From Flectonema sp. DT1601 (lineage: Eukaryota), in contig OZ025787.1 in assembly GCA_964019425.1 (NCBI GenBank), forward strand, positions 806,001 to 870,000: a stretch of DNA of 64,000 bases, written 5' to 3'. Both the position numbers and the translations under genes were made by a program. Shown here piece by piece: positions 12,619 through 21,640 of this stretch. Under the pieces are notes generated by a model. That model was not told the DNA's origin, did not search any database, and worked only from the letters and a program-made list of their open reading frames with translations. Numbering within the stretch: the stretch's first letter is position 1; every line of letters starts with the position of its first letter.

Positions 12619-14421
12619 CTACATTTTCTTAGAGATCTGCGGCTGGAACTGCTGAGGAGGTTGCTGGAACTGCTGTGGAGGTATCTGGAACTGCTGTGGA
12701 GGTATCTGGAACTGTGGCGGAAGCAACTGAGGAGCCACCAGCGGACCAGGACCACTTTTCCGAGATTTCTCCTTTAGCTTAAACAAAACACCCTTATGAC
12801 CAGCCGTGCAAGGTGTGAATTTATTCTTTCCCTTCTGTGGTAATTTGACATTCGGAGTAATAACCGAACGTGGATTCGGATCATAAAAAGTAGCAACGGA
12901 GTGTCTGTTAGTCAACTTCCTGTTAATAACTCGATGTTTTGTTGCTGGTAAGTTACCATTAGTAAACTTCTCCATCATGAAACCAGTATTAAGTACTAAA
13001 GCGTTAGGTATAACAGGAAGTGTTTCCCACTTTTCATTGTGGTACACTTCAAGCCCTTCAGAGTCCTGTAATATAAATGTCAAAGCTCCGTAGTCAACGT
13101 GGCTGCCTGCACCTATTTCGTTCTTTGCCTTCTGCTGAGCCTGTGGCGGGTACTTCAGCAGTCGGTTTATAACGAGTGGCGTGTCAAAAGCTTTCTCGAT
13201 TTCACTCGAGATCCCAAGCTCTTTACCAATAAGCTCGAGTACCTTTTCTCCCAGGCAGTGGACCTTGAAAAGGTAGTTTTCACAAGTTTCTTTTAATTGA
13301 GGATGCTCGTATGCAGATGGCCAGATATTAATACCCAGCATCTGCATATCACCTTCAAGACCAGAGATAGAAGTACCATGGTCGAAGGATTCTTTATTAT
13401 CAGGTGCCATGAAGGGGTTTAGCGCCTCGACACGTGGTGGTGTGTACCCCCTCGCACACTTCATCATTCCGGCTCTGTAAGTATCATGTTCACGGACGGC
13501 CTCGTAACGCAATTTTTCTGCTTCCTTCTTACCAAAGAAGGTTTGGGTGATTTCAAGTACATCTTTTTGAATTTTTTCCTTCACACTGTGATTAGTTAAG
13601 AATGCAAATCCTGTTTCTTTGAGACTCGCAACAAGAAGCTTCGCAACCACATCGTCTGACTGACTCATGTCTACGACTTTAACAGAAGCCGGGTTTGCTT
13701 TTAAAATGTCTCTTGAAATATGTTCTCCTGAACCACCTTTAGCTAACCACTGTCCATAACTAGACGATATCGTCATTGAAGCAGGTAGACCTGTGTATGC
13801 AATGTACTCCTGCTCGGTTGTTTTGTCTGAGAAGTTTAGCATGTGACCGTATTCATTTACACCCCCGTCATTCAGAGTTACTTCTATTCCGATTTTAAAT
13901 TGCCCATTTGACTGCCTCGTTACTTCAAATGGTGCTGCTGTGCAAGAGTGTGGTTCCAATCTAGATTCTGAAGGGAATTTAAAAGTAACTCGTTTGATAC
14001 TTCCAGGTTCTGTTAATTCCTTGACGTAGACTGTCCAATTGTGTTTTGGATGAGTTGTAGTAGATGTGTGAGTGTTGCCGATTCTGATTTTGAGATCGTG
14101 TTTCATGATGTACGGCACAGATGAGAAATTATCATCCTCACTGAATCTAGCGAATGCTAACAAAGGAATCCCTCCACTTGGTCTGAATGTTTCAAGGGTC
14201 GCAATATCTGTTGCCGACAAGTCCCAATCTGTCCATTTAGAAGCGACCATTCTCCTTGCAAACACCAAAGCATTATCAACTGAAATAGTGCTGCTATTAC
14301 CTGACAACTCTTTCCACATACTCCTAAACAGAGTTACATAGCTGTCATGAAGTTTGTTGAATTCACTCAAACGGGAGGCTTCCGCGATGGCCTCGTCAAG
14401 CTGTTCTTCAATATTTGACAT
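12619..14421 (-). CDS. YEATS-domain + 2OG-Fe(II) oxygenase (IPNS/DIOX_N-like) fusion protein with PQQFQ-repeat tail
   Basis: YEATS-like segment IRIGNT...HNWTVYV...IKRVTFKF...PFEVTR...F.I.IEV...HMLNF at about 13828-14094. Oxygenase motifs include GFAFLTNH, RGY, DNKESF, NIWP, RLLKYP, HVDYGALT (HxD), GLEV, VLNTG, TKHRV (distal His) and RHS (2OG-binding RxS). Confidence 0.85.
   Translation of the reverse strand: MSNIEEQLDEAIAEASRLSEFNKLHDSYVTLFRSMWKELSGNSSTISVDNALVFARRMVASKWTDWDLSATDIATLETFRPSGGIPLLAFARFSEDDNFSSVPYIMKHDLKIRIGNTHTSTTTHPKHNWTVYVKELTEPGSIKRVTFKFPSESRLEPHSCTAAPFEVTRQSNGQFKIGIEVTLNDGGVNEYGHMLNFSDKTTEQEYIAYTGLPASMTISSSYGQWLAKGGSGEHISRDILKANPASVKVVDMSQSDDVVAKLLVASLKETGFAFLTNHSVKEKIQKDVLEITQTFFGKKEAEKLRYEAVREHDTYRAGMMKCARGYTPPRVEALNPFMAPDNKESFDHGTSISGLEGDMQMLGINIWPSAYEHPQLKETCENYLFKVHCLGEKVLELIGKELGISSEIEKAFDTPLVINRLLKYPPQAQQKAKNEIGAGSHVDYGALTFILQDSEGLEVYHNEKWETLPVIPNALVLNTGFMMEKFTNGNLPATKHRVINRKLTNRHSVATFYDPNPRSVITPNVKLPQKGKNKFTPCTAGHKGVLFKLKEKSRKSGPGPLVAPQLLPPQFQIPPQQFQIPPQQFQQPPQQFQPQISKKM
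12643..12720 (-). repeat. Coding 21-nt tandem repeat (PPQQFQI x3-4)
   Basis: Repeated ctggaactgctgtggaggtat on the + strand; translates to PPQFQIPPQQFQIPPQQFQQPPQQFQ. Confidence 0.85.
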
Positions 14422-14633
14422 CTTTTATGAATTCTGATATGAATAATAAATTATAAGCATTTAAGTAAAGTTGAGGACAAGGTAGTTAACGGAGATTTCC
14501 CCGCCTAGGATAAATAATATTCAAACTACCCCAGAAGGATATCAATACATCCCTTCATGTGATGGCAGTAATATGAGAAGACCAATTGTGTGTCTCAAAT
14601 CGGATTACATTTCAGTATTGTCGTCACATTATT

Positions 14634-15560
14634 TCACCGACGGGTTCGCTTAATTTCTTGAGCTGCTCGCGCACGCTTTGCAACTGCTCGAGCAGACATA
14701 TCCAGTGGACCTCCTTCAACTAAAGGATCGACAACAACTAAATCATCATCACCTTCTGTTGCTTTCGGATTTACGAACTTTACTACAGAGTCCATCCATT
14801 TATTTCCTTTTATATCATCTTCTTGATTGTTGTATGTTTCTGATTTTACGTGGCAAGGTTGGTTAACAGCTTCCATGTCAGTCGTTGCATTGTCCGATTC
14901 CTTACGCTGTCTCTTTTGAAGTTGCATTTCAAATCCTTTGAGTGCCAGGACTGTGTCTCGTTCTCTGTTGGCGCTGGTTGCTTTCTTTGAAAACTTCTTT
15001 CGTTGTTCTTCTAGAAAGAGACGGCCTTTGGATTTTGGTTTTCCATCATCGTCATCATCTTTGTTTCGGTCTCCGGGTTGTTTATTGAATTTCATAATAG
15101 CAGCCTTTTGTTCTTCTTGTTGATCTTTTATTTGTTGGATGAGAGATGCTGCTTCAGGAGTTAATTCTTCTTCCTTGAGATCAGTTGGTTCTGGATAGTC
15201 GTCGTCGTCGTCGTCGTTACTCTCACTGTCGGATTCAACAGTTGCTGCTGCTCGTCTCTTTACTTTTGCCTTTAGTCGTTCAACACCTTTATTGACGTAT
15301 GTTCCCCTCGATTTTTCAAACTCTTCGTGCATCTTGCGAATCTCTCGTTGTCTTTCTTCTGTGTGAACACTTCCTTTGTGTAGTATACCGTCTTCTAAAA
15401 TATCGTGAGCGCTTGCAACTCGATTTCCCTTTTCGACGGTACTCACGATTCCATCAGTCTTGCTATCAAATGAAACTACTTCTTCCTCATCATGCATGCA
15501 TGAAATACTGAAGTTCTTAGCCTTCTTCTTACTCTTTACCTTCTTCTTTTCCTCGCTCAT
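14634..15560 (-). CDS. CWC27: CWC27-like spliceosome-associated protein (C-terminal region only; no cyclophilin domain visible)
   Basis: Ordered motifs K-rich..KNFS..EEE, SAHDILED, RE.DTVLALKGF..QL, KWM....KF and D.VVVDPLVE match, from memory, the post-cyclophilin region of animal and plant CWC27 (KNFSLLSF, SSHDLL.D, RE.QTLA.L..F..KL, WM.H.L.F, DP). Confidence 0.65.
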   Translation of the reverse strand: MSEEKKKVKSKKKAKNFSISCMHDEEEVVSFDSKTDGIVSTVEKGNRVASAHDILEDGILHKGSVHTEERQREIRKMHEEFEKSRGTYVNKGVERLKAKVKRRAAATVESDSESNDDDDDDYPEPTDLKEEELTPEAASLIQQIKDQQEEQKAAIMKFNKQPGDRNKDDDDDGKPKSKGRLFLEEQRKKFSKKATSANRERDTVLALKGFEMQLQKRQRKESDNATTDMEAVNQPCHVKSETYNNQEDDIKGNKWMDSVVKFVNPKATEGDDDLVVVDPLVEGGPLDMSARAVAKRARAAQEIKRTRR

Positions 15561-17573
15561 GTTATTGAAATTTACTGCTAAATATGTGATTATTTCCTTA
15601 TAATGACTTCCTTACTACAGTTAAAGAGTAACAACGAAATACCATATGAATGTGCTGTAGGTAATTCAAATTCAATTCGAAGAATAAATAAGAACGTATT
15701 TCGAGTTAGGAAGGAAGTTCGGAGCAACAATGAGTGTGATTTGGTTGGTGTGGACGCGATTTGGATTGTACTGACCAACCAAGTAGTCGCATCCATGTTT
15801 ACATTGTTATTTGTTTTTTTTTCTTCTTTGTATTTTGTTTTTTTGTTTTTCAACCGGCCAAACATTTTTTTAATGCTCAGCTTTTAAAACAATTAATGGA
15901 AAGCAGGAAAGGAGAATAAAAAAGATGAATACTTCCCCCCCCAATCGTTTGTTTCGTTTCGGTTCTGCCCGGAAAACTTAATTTAAAAAAAAAAGGAACG
16001 CTGTAGTTTCACTCTAAATAAATTCATTGAACTTATCTCTCTGCCGTGAGCAGAGTTTTTCACCTCTTAGCACAGCCTTGTTGCTATAGAAGTACGGGAA
16101 AGTGAAGCTCCAGAAAAGAACGCACCAAAGGAAACATCTAAGGCTTTCACACGAGAGTATATACAGCATCTATCCTCCCCACTCACACGTATCGCATCTT
16201 TGGTTATCAAAAAAAACACACACCAGTGTAGATTCGCTATACTCCAATGTTTCTTACTTTCAAGTTAAAACACGACAACAGACAATTAGGGGAAGGGCTA
16301 CAAAGATCCTTTTTTTATTTTTTTTTATTTATTTAAAAGAATTTCTCAAAAGAAAAATGCAGAGAGGGAGAGGAATAAAAAAAATTAAAAAAAGAAAACT
16401 GTTAAGAAAAAAAGTGGAATAAAAAAAAAAAAAAATCAATGCCAAAAAAATTACCCCCCCCACCGAGGCAGACAGGTTTTTTGGTGGGTTAAAAAAATAA
16501 AAAAAAAAAAAAAAAAAAAAAAATACCACCTAAGTAATCCAATCACATACAACAAGTTTGCAAGCAGTGTTAAGAAAACTGAAGATGGAAGTCGGACGAA
16601 TGAAAGAAGGCATCGAAATAAAAGAATCCAAACTCAAAGAGCTGGAATGTTGAGAAAGAGAGTGGGAGGGCATTTAACTGAGCTGTAGCTTAGCGGGAAA
16701 GCATAGGCCAAGGAAAGATTACCATCTACATAAAAAAAACAAAAATGCTTTCAACCGCATCGAATAATCTTAAAAAAATATTCTTTTTTTCATTTCCTCC
16801 CAGTTACTCAGAATACTGATAGTATTAAATCCTAACAAAAGGTTTCTTTTCAGATGTTCCTTTGTTTTTTTTTGCTGGTGGGGTTAAGACAAACCCACAA
16901 ACCCGCAAAATAGATTACCCGTTAACAGTACTCAGAGAATTGAATTTTCACTTTGCAGAAGTTTCGTACATAAAACTCCCTCTGCCGAATCGAAAAGCCG
17001 AGGGGGACGAATTAAAAAAAATAAAATAAAAAGCAGACGGACTAACTCCTTCACTACTGAAGGATGCAAGAACGTCAAATCCAACCGGAAGAACGACAAA
17101 GCGGAGCACTTCAAAATGAAACCTAAGATCATTCGCTAGTCGACAATCCCTCGAAAACTGTGAAGTTTATTCCGTTTTTTTTTTTGTGTAAACCGTCCTT
17201 AATGCGTACCAACACATCGGATGCCGTGTTCCCTATTGAATTTAACAATGAGAAAGACAATCTGCGATACAATGAGCACCTCTAGCTAATTAACCAAATA
17301 AAATTCGGAGCTTAAACAACACAAAAAAAAAACACTACTCGGAGGAGTCATCGATTATAACCCATGACTGTTGTTTTCCTTAGAAAACTACAACTAATAA
17401 TGAAGATCGCATTACTAGACATTATTTATAATTACCCATTACTTGGAGTTTTGAAACAATCGTAGGAAGGGGAAGATAGACATAATTAAGGATTGATATA
17501 ATAACAAAATAAAGAAAAGAATATGTAAAAGGTTAATAATATAGGGGTCCCGGGGAAGGGGAAATCAGGTTTT

Positions 17574-19406
17574 TCACAACCGAGCAATGTCATCGCTGTC
17601 TTTCACATCGCATTCCTTGTCCGGAAAATTCGAAAGGGGTGCTGGTGGTGATGGAGAGGGTGGTAGTGGTGGTGAAGGAGATGACTGACGATTTGCAGCA
17701 GTATTAGTGTCGTTGGCAGTGTTATTATTGTTGTTGTTGCTGTTGTTATTGCTGTTGCTGTTATTATTATTATTATTATTGATGTTATTTCTACGAGCGG
17801 TATACTCCTCTCGTTGACGTCTAGTACGACGCTTGTGTACCAGACATCCGAATGCAACAATAACAATAAGAAAAAGTGCAACACTAACAAACAAAACAAC
17901 CTTCCATGCAGTATGCTCATCATCATTATTATTATTATTATTATTAATCCTGCGACCCCTACGAAAGTTACGGTTGTAATTATAGTTGGAAACAACAACT
18001 GTTGGTGGTGGTGGATGAGATGGTGACACAGACTTTCTAATACCTTGAGCTGCTGTATTAATTGCAGAGAGAACTCCAATTAATGTATACTCAACGACAA
18101 CACTGCTTCCTTGTTGAATGGATGTCCTCCTGTTGGTCGCACTCTGTGAGTTCCACTCCTTTGGCACCATTAGGAAAGTTTTAGCGTCCATGCTATGAAT
18201 TTTAGTAATGATAACTTCAACAGAAGATGAACCAACAGATTCTAATAAAAGATTTCTGGTGGTGGTAACAAAGGCAATTGGATTTCTTTGTACCTCTGAG
18301 TAGTCAGTGCCAGTGATTTGCGAGGTCAGAGCCACTTCAACAATGGAGCAGCCGATGTTTCTGGTGGAACAACAGACAGCCCTGTCTGCGGCTGAAAGCG
18401 TATGGACAGAAGCATCGCAGTTGAGGTCAGCTGAGGTACAATGTAAATTCCTTGTAGTACAGCACCATTCCTTTTCGAAGTCTCTCAAGGAATCAGCAGT
18501 TTGGGTACAAATATCGGTACAGCCGATACTTCTTGAGGTACAGCAGAAGTCTCTTTCTTGTTGCGTTGTTTCAGGTCGTTCTAAATTAGTACAGCTGTAC
18601 GCTTCTTCACAGACGCTCATTTGATCACAACACCAAGTCTTCTGAGAGTTACCCCAGTTTGCGTTTGAACCAGAGCAGTCATATCTACATCTGAGGCTTC
18701 TGTTATTACAACACCATAGTTCTTGTGTTTCAGTAATACTATTCTGGTAGCAGACATCTGTTGCTGTGCATACAAACCTTTCTCTGCAGCACCAGTTTCT
18801 TTGATTGTCTGACCAGGTTAATTTATCTGTGTTGTAACAATCATAGTAAATGTATCCACAACCAAGTCCTTTATTACTGCAACACCAGTGTTTTTGATCT
18901 TCTGAGTAGAACTGTCCAATAGCAGAAAGAGCTGGACAACACCATTGCTGTTGATCACTAGACCATGTTGCAGGTGGTGCAGTACAGTCTGAGGAACATC
19001 CAACACTACGAACACTGCAACAGTAATTCCTCTCTGTAGAGCTCCAGTATGATAGATTTTCCAAGTCACAACTAAAAGTAGGTGCGGGTGTCGAGGTGCA
19101 ACCGATATTCATCTCATCACAACAAAACGTTTGTTGTTCTGCAGTTATGATGTTTCCCGATATACACTCTGCCCTGAGTCCATCACAACCAACACGCTCC
19201 TCCCTACAGCAGTACTGTTTCCTCTCAGTGCGGTCCCAATATCTTCCACGACTATGAGAGCAACTATACTCTGTCTCCTCACACAAGAGGTTGTATTGCC
19301 TACAACACCACTGCTTTTCATAGCTTCTTAAGTTTGTACCTCTACACCACCGACGGTAGCCTGACGAAACCCACAAAACTGAAGCGAAGGCGAGAACACG
19401 CAACAT
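17574..19406 (-). CDS. Type I membrane surface protein with tandem WCC/GC cysteine-rich repeats
   Basis: Signal peptide, about 12 repeats of W...Q..WCC.....GC, a stalk, one TM helix (WKVVLFVSVALFLIVIVAFGCLV) followed by basic HKRRTRR, and an Asn- and Pro-rich cytoplasmic tail. Confidence 0.85.
   Translation of the reverse strand: MLRVLAFASVLWVSSGYRRWCRGTNLRSYEKQWCCRQYNLLCEETEYSCSHSRGRYWDRTERKQYCCREERVGCDGLRAECISGNIITAEQQTFCCDEMNIGCTSTPAPTFSCDLENLSYWSSTERNYCCSVRSVGCSSDCTAPPATWSSDQQQWCCPALSAIGQFYSEDQKHWCCSNKGLGCGYIYYDCYNTDKLTWSDNQRNWCCRERFVCTATDVCYQNSITETQELWCCNNRSLRCRYDCSGSNANWGNSQKTWCCDQMSVCEEAYSCTNLERPETTQQERDFCCTSRSIGCTDICTQTADSLRDFEKEWCCTTRNLHCTSADLNCDASVHTLSAADRAVCCSTRNIGCSIVEVALTSQITGTDYSEVQRNPIAFVTTTRNLLLESVGSSSVEVIITKIHSMDAKTFLMVPKEWNSQSATNRRTSIQQGSSVVVEYTLIGVLSAINTAAQGIRKSVSPSHPPPPTVVVSNYNYNRNFRRGRRINNNNNNNDDEHTAWKVVLFVSVALFLIVIVAFGCLVHKRRTRRQREEYTARRNNINNNNNNNSNSNNNSNNNNNNTANDTNTAANRQSSPSPPLPPSPSPPAPLSNFPDKECDVKDSDDIARL
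17720..17947 (-). repeat. Coding (AAT/AAC)n microsatellites giving two poly-Asn tracts
   Basis: (tta)n/(ttg)n runs on the + strand at about 17720-17785 and about 17925-17947, on either side of the TM-coding segment. Confidence 0.85.
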
Positions 19407-20380
19407 TGTTGATGTAACCCTTTATGTTAAAATATTTAAAGTCATTGTTCTGCTGCTACTCACCCTTTGGGAAGTCCAAGTTACGTAAACCACCAGTCGC
19501 TCAATTTGTACCTGATAAGACGATATTAAATTTACATAAAAATAAGTAAAATTATTAGTAAAATATTCACTACTATACTGCTAAAAGGAACTATTTTCAA
19601 AGAGGGACTGAAGTCTACAACTGTATGGGCAGAACAGTTGATTGTCGTATTTTCATATCACATAAACAAAACTCCACATAGAGAGTGATGTGCATCACTA
19701 TAAGACCATTAGAAAGTTGATGCAGAACGACACGTACTTACTATCGAATGATAGAATGTTATGTACGAAGGTGGTCAGCATCCCTAACTTGATTAAGAGA
19801 ACTATCTCAACAGACTTTCTACAGCGCCAGTATGTCGGCAAATAAAAAATTCCCAAAGAGAAATGAAACGAAACTACGAAAGGAAGTAGAAAAAAAAACT
19901 CAACGAGCTGGATAAGAGAGGCCAGAATAACATGAAAGCTGCGCCCAAGACAGTGAGCAGGAAAATATATAACAGTAGCTTTGAGGGGACTTAATAAGCC
20001 TCCAACAAAAGGAACCAATAATCTAAATGGCTTCATCCTACGTGAAAGGCTTGCAGCGCAACACACTATCTCAGATCACAATAGTAATATTAATTTTCTA
20101 ATCACCAAAGAGTTCAGCAAATCATTTTTCTCCACAAAACTACAACTAAAAATTATTAAGTATTCGTCAGGGGGTAAGAGGGATTTTTTGGGTCTATTAA
20201 ATTTCTTTTTAACTTTATCCGAAACAGATTTCCGGGATCACCAACTTAATCATCGAAAGGCGGGGGTGACAACACATCAAACAGAACAAAAAGTAAATTA
20301 TCTGCTGTTGCTATAAAGCCTTCAGCAATGTCTGATGAATGAATATAATTGTTTACTAACTGACCGAAACAGGAATTTGA

Positions 20381-21286
20381 TTATCCAAATGATCCGAAAG
20401 AGGGACTAGCAGTAGTTGGAATGATACCTCCAGCAGTAGCCCCTCCAGTTGGAGGAAGGGAATGTCCATAAGGAAGAGGAGTTGGGGTTGGTGCAGGTGA
20501 AGATCGAGTAGCTGCAGCAATTTGAGCTGAAGTCACACCAGCTGACGACGGAGGGGCGCTGTACATCTCTCCTGCAGTTCTATGCCTCAGGGTTCCATGT
20601 GGAGGTGCAGGTCTTGCACTGTACCCAGTGTCATGAGTAGGCAAACCTGCCAACTGCTGCGGTGGTTTCGTTGCTTTAATTATCTGAATCATTATATAAA
20701 ACCAAACTCTAAAACCTGAATACGCAAATGATATACAAGTCCATATAAAACAACTCCCCTGAAGACCATTCACAATACCAACCGTCCAAATAATATCCAC
20801 TTCGATGGCAAATATAGGAATATCACAGAATAATAAATTCACAATAACTCCATAAATACGTCTCTGTCTCGCGAATTCTTCAGGTAAGGGCCATCTGTAT
20901 GCCCACATATAAAACACTGAGGCTACAGTCAAGTACATGACAGAAGCCAATATTGTTAGGGCTAGGTAGGCATTCACTCTTCGCTGTCCAAGCTGTTCAT
21001 CTTGGTTTCGTACCTAATTGTTTAGTTAGTGCATAGAAAATTGAGTATAGAAAATAAAGATAAGTGAAGTAATCATTTCTGCAGTCTCCTAACATCTAGG
21101 GTAATAGAATATGCAGTTTTTAATTCCTTAGTTAGATAACTTCTTTATAAGAATTGTAGAAAAAGAAAAAAGAAAACTACATACCCAATCCAAGTAATTG
21201 ACGACGCACAGTAACGGATGCACAAAATGGATAATTATGGTAGCCAGGGTAAACGTTTTTTGCATATCACCTTCGCTCGGAGGCAT
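20381..21286 (-). CDS. Multi-pass membrane protein with Pro/Ser-rich C-terminal tail; 2 exons (21286-21185, 21013-20381), about 244 aa
   Basis: Intron at 21014-21184 (GTATGT...CACTAACTAAAACAATTAG, with branch-like CTAAC) joins MPPSEG...NYLDW|VRNQDEQLGQRRVNAYLAL in frame. About four hydrophobic segments and a CDIPIFAIE motif. Confidence 0.75.
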
Positions 21287-21351
21287 TTTTTTTTTTTTTT
21301 TTTTTCCTTTTCTTCTTTGTTGTTGTTGTCCTCCGGGGTTGAGGGGAATAC

Positions 21352-21400
21352 CTGACAAGTAAAAAGAGACAAATTACTTTTCTAATTAAATAACTAATTT
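21352..21400 (-). promoter_or_regulatory. Candidate 5' (trans-)splice acceptor: U-rich tract plus CAG upstream of ATG 21286
   Basis: Minus strand reads ...aatttgtctctttttacttgtcAG|gtattcc. Similar sites precede other genes (AG ending at 4254, 11577, 19512, 39334, 40324). Confidence 0.5.
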
Positions 21401-21640
21401 TGAAACTAACATCTTGTAAAAAACGGTGCTGACAAAGACCGGAAGAAAGAGTAACCATACAATCTCACTAATAATTGTGGTTAAAACAAGAACAAGAACA
21501 GATGCTAAGTTAGCAACCTAATCTCTTTTAGCTCGATCTACTAATTACATCCACCTCATCCGAAGAGTAAATGTGTAGTAAAAAAAAAAAAAAAAGGGAA
21601 AGAAATAAGGATTGAATAATTGTTCACCGTAAGCGGCTTT

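Noticed and set aside
16550..16660. Plus-strand coiled-coil-like peptide (LQAVLRKLKMEVGRMKEGIEIKESKLKELEC)
   Set aside because: It is only about 30 codons, with no supported start, splice context or recognisable family.
17603..18079. 158-aa alternative-frame ORF with poly-Ile/His
   Set aside because: It is a frame-shifted reading of the AAT/CCA microsatellites in the WCC protein gene.
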